Shown here: positions 44,328 to 53,874 of the stretch, piece after piece
How the letters are laid out: each line of letters opens with the position of its first letter
Position numbering within the stretch: position 1 is the first letter of the stretch
Source of the DNA: a virus
Length of the DNA stretch: 56,878 nt
Reading direction: 5' to 3' (one strand)
Virus record (IMG/VR): IMGVR_UViG_3300045988_061299
The notes under the pieces: model-generated
Seen by the model: the letters and a program-made list of their open reading frames with translations, nothing else
The model's database searches: none
Told to the model about the DNA's origin: nothing
Made by a program: the position numbers and the translations under genes

Positions 44328-44594
44328 TTAAAATTTTATTCCTGTTTCCTTTTCTAACTGTTCAATTAAATCTTTTGCATTTATATATCCATCATTGTAT
44401 GCTTCTATAATCTCATGTATCTCGTCTACAAGTTTTTCCAATCTTTTGCTACCAAATCCAAATTTGTCATGCAAAACCCAACAAAAAATTATTAAAGCTG
44501 ATGTAAAACTTTCTTTTTGTTGCCTGCTTTTAATTCTATTTTCTTGAACTCTCATCATTTGCTGTTGAAATCTTCGTTGTTCTGGCTTGCTCAT
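44328..44594 (-). CDS. hypothetical protein
   Basis: 88-aa ORF. Confidence 0.4.
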   Translation of the reverse strand: MSKPEQRRFQQQMMRVQENRIKSRQQKESFTSALIIFCWVLHDKFGFGSKRLEKLVDEIHEIIEAYNDGYINAKDLIEQLEKETGIKF

Positions 44595-45207
44595 TTTTTA
44601 TCCTCGCTTCCTTGCTTTTCTTTGCATAAACTAAAGACTTAATGTAATGCTCTTTGCATAATTTTGAATGATTATAAACCGGCTCACCGCAAAACCAGCA
44701 TTTGCCATTCATTACCCATTCGCGTTTAATATCAAGTTTGTAATTTTTCTTGGCATCTCTTATTCTTTTTTTGATTTTCTGCTTATTGCGGCACTTGGCA
44801 CATGTCTTAAAATTCTTGTCACTTTTAACCTTGCCACAATATACGCACAAACCATTAGCAGCTCTTTTTTCACGTATTTTTTTCTGCTCGATTCTATCTT
44901 TTTCTTTAAACTTTTCGGGATTCAAATTATAACGTGTCATTCTTTTTGCGTATCTCTTGGCTGAGCATTCAATGCATTCTTTTTCGTCGCCAAATAAATT
45001 GTTTTTACGGCATATAGGGCATATCCCATTTTCTTTATACCAACTAATAAGTTCTCGCCTATCTTTGTTTGCTCTGTCGCGGCATTTGCTACATTTAACC
45101 CCAGCAATATCAAGTGGTTTTCCACAATTTATGCATAATCCAGCTTCTTTTCGCCTGTAATACATTCTCATTTGCGGACTAATTGGCGTTGCTTCCACTA
45201 AAATCAA
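44536..45207 (-). CDS. multi-zinc-ribbon, Lys/Arg-rich protein
   Basis: At least five CxxC pairs. The start is TTG at 45207 or an internal Met. Confidence 0.45.
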   Translation of the reverse strand: MILVEATPISPQMRMYYRRKEAGLCINCGKPLDIAGVKCSKCRDRANKDRRELISWYKENGICPICRKNNLFGDEKECIECSAKRYAKRMTRYNLNPEKFKEKDRIEQKKIREKRAANGLCVYCGKVKSDKNFKTCAKCRNKQKIKKRIRDAKKNYKLDIKREWVMNGKCWFCGEPVYNHSKLCKEHYIKSLVYAKKSKEARIKNEQARTTKISTANDESSRK

Positions 45208-45866
45208 CCTCGCATTCTGTTAATTCTATCTTGCACTTCCTTAGGTGCTTCAATATATTCTTCTGCGTTTGTATTTTGACCGATAAGGGCATTTTCTTTA
45301 ATTTGTAATGCATTTATATCTCTTTGGAATTTTTGCTCGATTTGAGCCTTGTACGAATTTGTATTCGTTTTCTCGATGAGTGATTTGATATTGTCTGGCA
45401 TACGATTTATTTCATTCGCACGCTTAACAACTGTTTCGTAAGTTCTTAGAAAATTTGATTGTATTACTGTTTCTATCGTCTGATAATCTGATGTCGCCCA
45501 GTTTTTAAGGTTGTCAGGCATCCCAACTGCTTGTCTGACTAACAGTGGCAGTTTGTTAAATTCTTCAACTGCCCCATAAGTACCATTCCTTAAAGCCTTG
45601 CTAACCAATCCCCAAGCTGCCATTCCGTCAAGTTCCTGCGGCTGTGATACAAGTTGTATTTTTGCAACTATTTCTCCTACGCTTGGTGCGAATCCGCTTG
45701 TATCAGATGTAACATATGCTTTTAAAGCTATTGATACTTGATTGTAGCTGTATTCGTCTAACATCATCTGCCACACATCTACTGTCTCTGATAGGTTGTT
45801 AGGCTTGTAGTTAGGGTAGCAATCACACATAATGCGGATAATTTTAACTGTTTCTTCTCTTGTCAT
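45204..45866 (-). CDS. replicative helicase loader/inhibitor (G39P-like)
   Basis: N-terminus MTREETVKIIRIMCDCYPNYKP...VDVWQMML..Y is typical of the family. Confidence 0.5.
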   Translation of the reverse strand: MTREETVKIIRIMCDCYPNYKPNNLSETVDVWQMMLDEYSYNQVSIALKAYVTSDTSGFAPSVGEIVAKIQLVSQPQELDGMAAWGLVSKALRNGTYGAVEEFNKLPLLVRQAVGMPDNLKNWATSDYQTIETVIQSNFLRTYETVVKRANEINRMPDNIKSLIEKTNTNSYKAQIEQKFQRDINALQIKENALIGQNTNAEEYIEAPKEVQDRINRMRG

Positions 45867-46023
45867 TACTACCTCCTTTCAATTGATTAGAAATAGTATC
45901 TAATTTGTCGCATATAATAGCACTATTAATTGCTATTGTTCTTAAAAGTGATTCAACCGTTCCGTTGTGCGGATAATCGTATCTGAAATTAATTTCATTA
46001 AGTGTATCATCTAATCTGCTCAT
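45844..46023 (-). CDS. hypothetical small protein
   Basis: A G-run RBS precedes the ATG at 46023. Confidence 0.4.
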   Translation of the reverse strand: MSRLDDTLNEINFRYDYPHNGTVESLLRTIAINSAIICDKLDTISNQLKGGSNDKRRNS

Positions 46024-46045
46024 TCTTACTGCCCCCCCTTTTTTT

Positions 46046-46807
46046 TTACACATTATCCCAGTCAATAGCACCCTTATTGAAATTTTGATTGCCCTGCTTA
46101 TTAGAATTATCTTCTTTCAGCTCAAACAGTCCTTGCCAGCAATGGTCTACGGATTGATTAAGGATTTTAACTGCCAAATCATTATCTCCACCCGATAGCT
46201 TTTCAAGAGTATTCATAGCTCTATGCAATGCCTTGTCGGTGCATAGAGGCTTCTTAATTCTCTTACGCATTGTCACATATTCGTTGAATGCTTCATTAAG
46301 CAATTCATCGTTGGGATAATAGCTTTTCTTTTTGGATATTGATTTATCAATATCTTTTTCTATATTCTTGTCTTTTTTAATTTCTTCCGTTCTTTCATTC
46401 TTACTTTCTTTTAATATAGAGTTTGTTAGTAGAATGTTATCTGTTTGTTGATTGTTTGTTAAGTTGCTTGTTATTTGTTTGTTATCTTGCTTGTTATCCG
46501 TTTGATACAAATTGTAGTTAACTACAGTAAATATCGTGAATTTGTTTGTTGCTTTGCTTGTTATTTCGCCTGTTAATTGTAAGTGTTTTAGTGAGGTACG
46601 AATTTCCATTACAGACAAATTAGTTTCTTTTGATAATTCAGATATTGAAGAGGGGAAAGACCCTCTTTCAATTATCTTGCCTTTATAATTTCCGTCTTTC
46701 CAATAGGCATTTATCAACATATACATAAAAAGTCTGAATGTATTAATATCGCTCCACCATTCCCACTTTAAAATCTTTCTGTCAATTTTAATAAAATTGC
46801 CTGCCAT
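46046..46807 (-). CDS. phage replisome organizer (DnaD-like)
   Basis: FIKIDRKILKWEWWSD...TFRLFMYMLINA...SISELSKETNLSVMEIRTSLKHL, followed by a Gln/Asn/Thr-rich linker. Confidence 0.6.
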   Translation of the reverse strand: MAGNFIKIDRKILKWEWWSDINTFRLFMYMLINAYWKDGNYKGKIIERGSFPSSISELSKETNLSVMEIRTSLKHLQLTGEITSKATNKFTIFTVVNYNLYQTDNKQDNKQITSNLTNNQQTDNILLTNSILKESKNERTEEIKKDKNIEKDIDKSISKKKSYYPNDELLNEAFNEYVTMRKRIKKPLCTDKALHRAMNTLEKLSGGDNDLAVKILNQSVDHCWQGLFELKEDNSNKQGNQNFNKGAIDWDNV

Positions 46808-46835
46808 AATTACCTCTTCAAGTTCTGTCTATTTC

Positions 46836-47027
46836 TTACTTTACTAAATCGTTAATATTAACCCTAAATCCGTCAAACTCCTTACCTTTGCTTCTATTGT
46901 AAGTGGCTGTATCAAAGAACATTAAGTTGCCCTCTCTGTCCGTTGCCATACTCACACCATTTCTTGTAAGACTGCCTTTGAGTAGACCAAGTAGAATCTG
47001 TATTTCTTGCTTTGTTTCGTCTTTCAT
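46836..47027 (-). CDS. hypothetical small protein
   Basis: 63-aa ORF. Confidence 0.4.
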   Translation of the reverse strand: MKDETKQEIQILLGLLKGSLTRNGVSMATDREGNLMFFDTATYNRSKGKEFDGFRVNINDLVK

Positions 47028-47878
47028 ACTGTATCTCCTATAAAATCACTTATATTCATTTGGCTGTCCTTTTCAAATACAAGCATTTCATTCTTTGCAC
47101 GCTCGTAAAAGTTTCTGTCAATTTCAAATCCATATGCACTTCTGCCTAATTCGTGTGCGGCTCTAAGTGTACTACCGCTTCCACAGCAAGGGTCAATAAC
47201 CACATCTCCCTCGTCTGTAAAAATCTCAATCAGTTTCTTTAATACCGATACAGGCTTTTGTGCAGGATGAATTTTAGGAATATCTTTACTATCTTTATCC
47301 CAAGTAAACCAGTTAAATACCATATGTCCTGTACCTCTGATATTTTTTCCATTTTCATCAATCTGCAAGCCATTTCGGAATTTCGGTAACTTGTTTCGGT
47401 ACAATACAAGTGCATATTCTGTAGCACCAACAATACGCATATTAGCTTTAAGCACCTGCGGACTGTAATTCTTGCAAAACACAAGCGGTATGTAATTAAC
47501 AAATCCGTGTTTCTTCGCCGCCGCAATCAATGTCGACAACTGCTCAAATGCGCAAAACACAATCATACAAGGGCTATTACTGCTTCTGCCCCTTGCAATA
47601 GGCTTTGTGTCCTCTTTTTTCAACATTTTTGAACAAAAATGGAAGTATTCATACAAATTAAAGTTAAAATCCGAATTAAAAGCCGCCTTTTTAGCAAGTT
47701 TGCTTTCCCCATTCTTATTGTCGCCGCCGTTGTACCACATAGGGTTACTACCATAAAAGTTAGTGCCAACATTATATGGAACATCAGCTACAATCAACTG
47801 CGCTGGCGGTATTGCATATTTCTTGTAATTCTGCATAGAATCACGATATATCTCACATTTAATTTTCTTCTTATTCAT
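47024..47878 (-). CDS. DNA methyltransferase (beta-class N6A/N4C)
   Basis: Motif IV ADVPYN is N-terminal and motif I IDPCCGSGSTL is C-terminal. Confidence 0.8.
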   Translation of the reverse strand: MNKKKIKCEIYRDSMQNYKKYAIPPAQLIVADVPYNVGTNFYGSNPMWYNGGDNKNGESKLAKKAAFNSDFNFNLYEYFHFCSKMLKKEDTKPIARGRSSNSPCMIVFCAFEQLSTLIAAAKKHGFVNYIPLVFCKNYSPQVLKANMRIVGATEYALVLYRNKLPKFRNGLQIDENGKNIRGTGHMVFNWFTWDKDSKDIPKIHPAQKPVSVLKKLIEIFTDEGDVVIDPCCGSGSTLRAAHELGRSAYGFEIDRNFYERAKNEMLVFEKDSQMNISDFIGDTV

Positions 47879-47942
47879 TTCATCACCAAAAGGAAACCTC
47901 GGTTTTATGTCCGGACAACCTATTCCTTTCTTTGATTTCTAG

Positions 47943-48179
47943 TTAGTGCATACCCATACTTCCAAAATCCTTTAATGGGTAATCGCACTTATGATTATTG
48001 GCAAAAACTTTAACCAAGCATTTTCCATCACTCATTTTAAACTCACAATCTTTGCACCGAAATATTAAATCTTTTTTAACTTCTGTTTGTTTACAATTCA
48101 TACACCAATTTTTGGTAAAAATGTCAAGTCCATGTACCGCTTCTGTTATGTTATCAGCATTTACCTTTGTAAAACTCAC
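47943..48179 (-). CDS. Cys-rich small protein
   Basis: CMNC...CKDC...C...C pattern. Confidence 0.45.
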   Translation of the reverse strand: MSFTKVNADNITEAVHGLDIFTKNWCMNCKQTEVKKDLIFRCKDCEFKMSDGKCLVKVFANNHKCDYPLKDFGSMGMH

Positions 48180-48197
48180 TCTAAATCGCCTACTTTC

Positions 48198-49010
48198 TTA
48201 TCTCCAATTAGTTCCAATAGTTCCATCAGGATGAATAATAATATTTGAGTATCCATCTTTGTAATCATTGTTTCTCTGCTGCCACATATCCCCTAAAGTC
48301 AATCTTGCGTGTTTACCCATGTAGTCAAATGTCGCATATGCAAAGAAATCACCAATTCTAAAGGTATGAATATCAATATCATCATCATTCTGTAAATCAT
48401 TCCATATTTTTATAGGATAATCTTTCTTTTCAAGACCACTTAAAAATCTGAATGAAAAGCTGTCAGCGTCTTTGTGCATAAATTCTTTTATAAAATCTAT
48501 GCTTGGATTTTCCACAACAGTCTGCAATGTACAGTTAGGGAAGTTACTCGGATTTGCGTGTACATAATCGTTATGAGACAGATTTATGTGGCATAATCCG
48601 TTTAACTCTCTTGTATATCCTGCTGTGTTTACAGAACAAAAAACATTGTTGCTAAGTTCGTTGTATATATCTACAAGCCGTTTAATGTGCTGTGGATAAA
48701 GTCCCGGCTCTCCACCTGTTATAGTAAGCCTTGCGTTAGGATGTTCGCTCAAAACTGCTTTCAATGATTCAATCTGCTTATCAAAGTCATTTTCTCCTGC
48801 CATTGGATTCTGCCTTTCTAAACAGAATGGGCAACTATACGGACACTCCTGCGTTGTTATAATCTGAACATTGATACGATAGTAAAGCGGAACTCCCAAT
48901 GAAGTCCTCTCTTTTCTGCTATTCAGTCTATATCGCAAGTCATTGTTCATTTCTTTTCTTATATCCTCATAAGAGTTAATATGAGGAATGCGCTTCATTT
49001 TCTCACTCAT
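48198..49010 (-). CDS. radical SAM enzyme of unknown specificity
   Basis: The CPYSCPFC (CxxxCxxC) cluster motif and the ITGGEPG SAM-binding motif are present. No SPASM-type extra Cys cluster is seen. Confidence 0.75.
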   Translation of the reverse strand: MSEKMKRIPHINSYEDIRKEMNNDLRYRLNSRKERTSLGVPLYYRINVQIITTQECPYSCPFCLERQNPMAGENDFDKQIESLKAVLSEHPNARLTITGGEPGLYPQHIKRLVDIYNELSNNVFCSVNTAGYTRELNGLCHINLSHNDYVHANPSNFPNCTLQTVVENPSIDFIKEFMHKDADSFSFRFLSGLEKKDYPIKIWNDLQNDDDIDIHTFRIGDFFAYATFDYMGKHARLTLGDMWQQRNNDYKDGYSNIIIHPDGTIGTNWR

Positions 49011-49036
49011 GGACTATTTCCTTTCTTAGATTTTTC

Positions 49037-49216
49037 TTAGTTTTTCAAAACTTCTTTCATTGCATTAGCCATATCACAGATACCCTTGATATAGCCTATA
49101 GTGATTGTTCTGTAGCCGTCATCACATTCGGTAACATTATTGTCCACAAAGTCAGTTACTATGTCGTCAATCAACCTTACTGCTTTGTGATTTATTCCGC
49201 TTTCATCAATCTTCAT
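49037..49216 (-). CDS. hypothetical small acidic protein (59 aa)
   Basis: Hand translation gives MKIDESGINHKAVRLIDDIVTDFVDNNVTECDDGY.... There is an ATGA overlap with the upstream stop. Confidence 0.4.
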   Translation of the reverse strand: MKIDESGINHKAVRLIDDIVTDFVDNNVTECDDGYRTITIGYIKGICDMANAMKEVLKN

Positions 49217-49809
49217 TCTGAATCACTCACTTTCAATAAATCCATAAACTTCTCATACTGCTTCTGCGACACCTTATTATTTACTTTATCTTCTCTCAAT
49301 TCGATTTTAAGGTGCTTTTCTGCTATATTGGACAATTCCCTTGCAAGGTTCTTTCTGCCCTGTTGTATGCCCTGTAAATAGCCTTTAGAGGCTTTCCTTT
49401 CGCCTATCGAACCACTATCACGATTTCCACCCTGCCCGCCAATGCTAACATTGCGTAGCTGATAACCATTATCGGCATACAGCTTGATGTAATACTTTTC
49501 CTTTTCGTCAAGCTGACTTTCGGGAAAATTCAGAAATTCAACTCGCCAACCATAAGGATTATCCTCTGAATATAGCTTATGTTTGCGTAGGCTCAAATCT
49601 ATGTGCTGTTCATAACCTACAAGGTGGCTTGCCAATCTGCTAAGTGTATGTACCGCCTGTCCGATATAAGCGTACTTAAATCCGTTTTCATCTTCTCGGA
49701 GTAGGAAGTATATCCCACTCCTGTCATTCAACTTTGGATTCAGCTTCAATAGTCGCTTTTTATTTTCCTGTTCTATTGCCTTGGCTCTCGCTATGTTCTG
49801 ATAATTCAA
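49213..49809 (-). CDS. GIY-YIG nuclease
   Basis: GIYFLLRED...YAYIGQA...R...H followed by YYIKLYADNGYQLRN. Confidence 0.7.
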   Translation of the reverse strand: MNYQNIARAKAIEQENKKRLLKLNPKLNDRSGIYFLLREDENGFKYAYIGQAVHTLSRLASHLVGYEQHIDLSLRKHKLYSEDNPYGWRVEFLNFPESQLDEKEKYYIKLYADNGYQLRNVSIGGQGGNRDSGSIGERKASKGYLQGIQQGRKNLARELSNIAEKHLKIELREDKVNNKVSQKQYEKFMDLLKVSDSE

Positions 49810-50228
49810 GAATTCCCACCTGCCTTTATTTCAAACGGATTCACAAAATTATCAATAAGTTTAGCTCCCATACTAAAAGCTGTTGGTTGTTCATCCCTGT
49901 CTAAATCTAATTTTTGACCACAGCTCGGGCAGTAATCATATCCATCACCCTCATATGTCGGTTTCTTAGCTATCTGCTTTTCTCTAGCTTCAATCACACT
50001 CTTAAATGTAAAACCTTTCTTTACACATTCATCTTCAAACTGCATATAGTTTTCAAGAACTTCTGTTGTCATTTTGCGGTCAGATAGCTTCTTGATTGTT
50101 TCAAGTGCTGATATTGCATATCCGATAGCATCCATAGTTTCATAATCAGGATGCGGTTTCCAAGCGTGTTTTAAATATTCAAAATGCTGCTTTAGTTTAT
50201 TTATTGCTTCATTCTCTGTCATACTCAC
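49806..50228 (-). CDS. hypothetical protein with a zinc-ribbon motif
   Basis: 140-aa ORF containing CPSCGQ. Confidence 0.45.
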   Translation of the reverse strand: MSMTENEAINKLKQHFEYLKHAWKPHPDYETMDAIGYAISALETIKKLSDRKMTTEVLENYMQFEDECVKKGFTFKSVIEAREKQIAKKPTYEGDGYDYCPSCGQKLDLDRDEQPTAFSMGAKLIDNFVNPFEIKAGGNS

Positions 50229-50234
50229 ACCTCT

Positions 50235-50666
50235 TTAATTGAATGGTAATCCCTCGTCAGCTACACCATCTGGAATTGACATAAAGCTGTCATTACTGCT
50301 GTTACCGCCCATAATTCCATTACTGTTATTGCTCTGCTGATTAGTACGGCTTTCGCAGAACTCGTGTCTTTCAACAACACAATCATTAGTGTAAACTTTC
50401 TGTCCGTCCTTGTTAGTGTAGTTGCCTGTCTGCCATCTACCCTCAACGATAATCTTAGTGCCTTGATGTAAATATTTCTCTGCAAACTCTCCATTCTTGC
50501 CAAATGCAATACAATTAATAAAGTCTGCTGCCTGTTCGCCCTCTTTCTTAAAAGTTCTGTCAACAGCTAATGTATATCTTGCAACTGCCATGCTTCCGTT
50601 GTTGTCCTGTGCGTATCTCACGTCAGGATTTCGTGCCACTCGTCCACATAAAATCACACGATTCAT
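50235..50666 (-). CDS. ssb: single-stranded DNA-binding protein
   Basis: MNRVILCGRVARNPDVRY...GRWQTGNY with the C-terminal acidic tip DEGLPF. Confidence 0.9.
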   Translation of the reverse strand: MNRVILCGRVARNPDVRYAQDNNGSMAVARYTLAVDRTFKKEGEQAADFINCIAFGKNGEFAEKYLHQGTKIIVEGRWQTGNYTNKDGQKVYTNDCVVERHEFCESRTNQQSNNSNGIMGGNSSNDSFMSIPDGVADEGLPFN

Positions 50667-50678
50667 TACTTTTCCTCC

Positions 50679-50852
50679 TTACTTTCCTTTTACAGCCAAA
50701 AACAAATTTGCAATAAATACCACAAATAAAATTATCTTAAATGCTATGTTAATACCTAATATACAAGCTATCCATGATATGACAAAGCTTTCTACCAAAG
50801 AGATGCCTAACTCAATAAGTACAAATAATAAAATTGATAAAATATAATTCAT
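50679..50852 (-). CDS. small two-TM membrane protein (57 aa)
   Basis: Hand translation gives MNYILSILLFVLIELGISLVESFVISWIACILGINIAFKIILFVVFIANLFLAVKGK. Confidence 0.4.
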   Translation of the reverse strand: MNYILSILLFVLIELGISLVESFVISWIACILGINIAFKIILFVVFIANLFLAVKGK

Positions 50853-51019
50853 TACTTTTCCTCACTTTCTTCTACATAATCATCCCAAGCTTCATTAAGC
50901 ACCTTGGCTCCATCATCGTCATCCGTAACAATAATCGTGTACTCGCCTATCTTAGTCGAGATAAATCCTGCATTGCTATCTTTAAGCATTTGAATTAATG
51001 AATCAATTAACCCGCTCAT
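50852..51019 (-). CDS. small acidic protein (55 aa)
   Basis: Hand translation gives MSGLIDSLIQMLKDSNAGFISTKIGEYTIIVTDDDDGAKVLNEAWDDYVEESEEK. Confidence 0.4.
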   Translation of the reverse strand: MSGLIDSLIQMLKDSNAGFISTKIGEYTIIVTDDDDGAKVLNEAWDDYVEESEEK

Positions 51020-51021
51020 CT

Positions 51022-51486
51022 TTATTCCTCACTTTCTGCTAACTCAAATCTGTATTTCTGTTCTGCATTAGGATATTTTTCCTTATCAACTTCACTCATA
51101 AACATTTCAAGAGGTCTATTCCAGATATGCCCCTCATATTCATAAACAACTGTCAGTTCTTCTGTTTCAGTATGTCTTGATACGCCTATTACTGTTACGA
51201 TTTTACCTAGCTTGAAATGCTTATATTTCTCACCTTTCTTAGGCAAAGGTCTGTCAAATTCTGTCCTGATATTGTCTTTATTGAAATGCCTTGTGAGTAA
51301 TGCGAGGTCACAGTTCGGCACATCTTCGCCATCAAGTTTAAAATCTTCTGACCGCTCAACGTGCAATTGCTGAAACTCTCCGTTGTCACTAATGGTTTCT
51401 TTCAAAGCTAATGCAAAATTTTTTTCGCTATATGGTACGCTGTCTACATCAGCATAATAACCACTAAATCTAAATATTCTCGCCAT
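51022..51486 (-). CDS. DUF1653-domain protein
   Basis: C-terminus is YKHFKLGKIVTVIGVSRHTETEELTVVYEYEGHIWNRPLEMF. Confidence 0.55.
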   Translation of the reverse strand: MARIFRFSGYYADVDSVPYSEKNFALALKETISDNGEFQQLHVERSEDFKLDGEDVPNCDLALLTRHFNKDNIRTEFDRPLPKKGEKYKHFKLGKIVTVIGVSRHTETEELTVVYEYEGHIWNRPLEMFMSEVDKEKYPNAEQKYRFELAESEE

Positions 51487-51487
51487 A

Positions 51488-51928
51488 TTATTCCTCACTT
51501 TCTAATAATTCGGGATTGTCAAAAATGTTGCCGATAACTGCTATTTCAAAACTTCTCCAAATGTATAAATCCCACTTTGTACCGATTTGGAATATGTCTG
51601 ATTTGACACAAATCCAAGAGAACTGATAATAGTTATTCTGCCAAAAGGCTTTATAACAATTACCTTCTTTATCTCTGACAATGTCATTCTCCCAAATCAG
51701 CTTACTGTTCTTGTCTTTTAAGCCTGTGCATCGACAGATTGTATCTGGAATTACTTCGTGCATCACGATTATTCTTCCAATCTCATTCTTAACATTTACA
51801 ACATTGCCTACAGGATGTATGTAATACTTTTCATTGGAAACAATAAGATTTCCAGTAACCCAAACATTGTTAAATTCTCCTTTTTCTTTTGGAGTTGTCT
51901 TAGCTTTATACAAATATATATATTCCAT
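51488..51928 (-). CDS. YopX-family protein
   Basis: AGGAGAG precedes the ATG at 51928. C-terminal hallmark is IGNIFDNPELLE. Confidence 0.7.
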   Translation of the reverse strand: MEYIYLYKAKTTPKEKGEFNNVWVTGNLIVSNEKYYIHPVGNVVNVKNEIGRIIVMHEVIPDTICRCTGLKDKNSKLIWENDIVRDKEGNCYKAFWQNNYYQFSWICVKSDIFQIGTKWDLYIWRSFEIAVIGNIFDNPELLESEE

Positions 51929-51936
51929 ATTCTCTC

Positions 51937-52314
51937 CTATTCCGCTTCTGATTGAAGCCATTCTAAATGCCTTGAATAGCAACTACCAAGTGACGGACAA
52001 TTATCCTTGTCATTACAATTAGCAAAGCAATTATCACATCTTGATTTATTAAACAATAGTTCTGCCAACTCTTCATCCGACATTTTCCTTATCCTGTCGG
52101 CATTGGTTGTTGTGAATTTAGATGAAGTAATCTCCATTGTCACGTCCGTAATAAGTCCATCCCCATAACCATCTAACTTTACAGATTCAATACTGCCGGC
52201 AAAATTGCCATTTAGAGATAAATTCAACATTCTTGGTTTTCCTGTAGCACCACCATATCTATTTCCTTCTGTATCAAGAATTTTTATCAAATCACTAACT
52301 GTTACAGTTTTCAC
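51937..52314 (-). CDS. hypothetical protein
   Basis: 125-aa ORF. Confidence 0.45.
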   Translation of the reverse strand: MKTVTVSDLIKILDTEGNRYGGATGKPRMLNLSLNGNFAGSIESVKLDGYGDGLITDVTMEITSSKFTTTNADRIRKMSDEELAELLFNKSRCDNCFANCNDKDNCPSLGSCYSRHLEWLQSEAE

Positions 52315-52317
52315 TTC

Positions 52318-52572
52318 TCAATTCTCCTTTCTACTGTCACATCTGCAACAAGGCTCATTATCTCTTGAATTGCTGTTGTGCTGGCAATTGCAAGAAATCT
52401 TTTCTTCACTGTCATCAAATGTTTTTAAAAACATTTCAGCAATTTCTTTCTCGTATCTACCACACATACCTTTGCAATCAATATCCGCGATAACCCTTGA
52501 AAAGAAATCTTTAAATTTATCCCCGATATAATCATCTGTAAAATTATTGGGTATGTTAATTTTAATTTCCAT
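52318..52572 (-). CDS. hypothetical Cys-rich protein
   Basis: 84-aa ORF. Confidence 0.4.
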   Translation of the reverse strand: MEIKINIPNNFTDDYIGDKFKDFFSRVIADIDCKGMCGRYEKEIAEMFLKTFDDSEEKISCNCQHNSNSRDNEPCCRCDSRKEN

Positions 52573-52924
52573 CTATTCCACCTCTCAATTCTTTCAGTTT
52601 TTCTTCGGCTTCGGATTTTGTGAGAAATACTGTTTTGCCGAACTGATTAAAATTAAGTCTAGCTCCCATATAATCATATACAAAACGCTGTAATGGTCTT
52701 ATGTCGAAACCGTAAACAACTAATTCATTTATTGTATTCTTATCTGGGTTAATGCAATATACTGTGTCTCCCACCTTGCAAGACAACTTGATAAGTCTGC
52801 CCTGTTCTTCTAAGTCCTCGTAATCAGCTAATTTTTCCGCAGCTAATATATAATCGTGATTTTTTACCCACACGCCAGATTCTCCATCTGGAACATCATC
52901 AATTCTTTCTGTTAATCTCTCCAT
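52562..52924 (-). CDS. hypothetical protein
   Basis: 120-aa ORF. Confidence 0.45.
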   Translation of the reverse strand: MERLTERIDDVPDGESGVWVKNHDYILAAEKLADYEDLEEQGRLIKLSCKVGDTVYCINPDKNTINELVVYGFDIRPLQRFVYDYMGARLNFNQFGKTVFLTKSEAEEKLKELRGGIDGN

Positions 52925-52946
52925 TACTGCTCCTTTCTGACTTTAA

Positions 52947-53141
52947 TTATTTTTCTTGTTTCTCATATTCTTCCATAGTTGGTCTTTTTCCATCTAAATC
53001 ATCCCAACTATAAAGCTTGTGATTTTCGTCCTGCCATTGACTTTTGTAGCAATTTCTACAACTACACCTGCCACTTAACCAACGCATTTCTCCGTAATAC
53101 TCTGGCTTTCCACAATGCTTGCAAATTACAATTTTATCCAC
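52947..53141 (-). CDS. zinc-ribbon small protein (GTG start)
   Basis: GGAG precedes the GTG at 53141. Contains CKHCGK...CSCRNC. The longer track ORF would overlap the upstream gene by 71 nt. Confidence 0.4.
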   Translation of the reverse strand: MDKIVICKHCGKPEYYGEMRWLSGRCSCRNCYKSQWQDENHKLYSWDDLDGKRPTMEEYEKQEK

Positions 53142-53154
53142 ATTCTTCTCCTTT

Positions 53155-53484
53155 CTAAAACGGACACGCATTTTTACTTTGCATTTCATTAAGCATATCT
53201 TCCATTTCTTTAATAAATCCATCAAAGCAATGCTTTATAAATTTTTCTTCTTCCGAAGTGTACGATTTTCTTAAACCACAATACCCAAAATCTTCATACT
53301 GGCATTTATAGCAGTAATCAACGTGAAGTATCTTTGTTGCCTGCGAATACAATTCCCACATTTCCTCGAAATTATTTCTACACTTTGATTTCTTGGCTTT
53401 AGAGATGTAATGCCTTAATGCGTTTTGTTCTGTCATATATTTTTCGCCTGTAATCAAGTTTGTATATCTACTCAAAACGGACAT
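53155..53484 (-). CDS. hypothetical protein
   Basis: 109-aa ORF. Confidence 0.45.
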   Translation of the reverse strand: MSVLSRYTNLITGEKYMTEQNALRHYISKAKKSKCRNNFEEMWELYSQATKILHVDYCYKCQYEDFGYCGLRKSYTSEEEKFIKHCFDGFIKEMEDMLNEMQSKNACPF

Positions 53485-53497
53485 TCATCTCCTTTCC

Positions 53498-53848
53498 TTA
53501 ATCATCTTTCAAAATACTCATATCGTAGCCACTTTCAATGAATTTCAACGTCTTTTTGTGATTGCAAGCATTACCCAGGTATGTATAAATCTTCTCCATG
53601 TCTTTCTCCGAAAAATCTGTACCAAGGTAATCATTTACTCCTGCAAGGATAAAACTGTGAAATTCATCATTTTTTCGCTTTATACTGTATGGTTCTGTCT
53701 TGTAAGCAGGTCTTGAAAGCCACTCTAAAACCTTGCATTTAACATCTTCCTTGTCGTTACAATCTCTTAAAATAAAATATGTATTACTTACGATATGTGC
53801 TATAAACTCTCCATTATGGTTAATAACGCTCCTTGGAAAGCAATCCAT
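53498..53848 (-). CDS. hypothetical protein
   Basis: 116-aa ORF. Confidence 0.45.
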   Translation of the reverse strand: MDCFPRSVINHNGEFIAHIVSNTYFILRDCNDKEDVKCKVLEWLSRPAYKTEPYSIKRKNDEFHSFILAGVNDYLGTDFSEKDMEKIYTYLGNACNHKKTLKFIESGYDMSILKDD

Positions 53849-53874
53849 CAGTTCTTTTATATCATCCCAATTAC

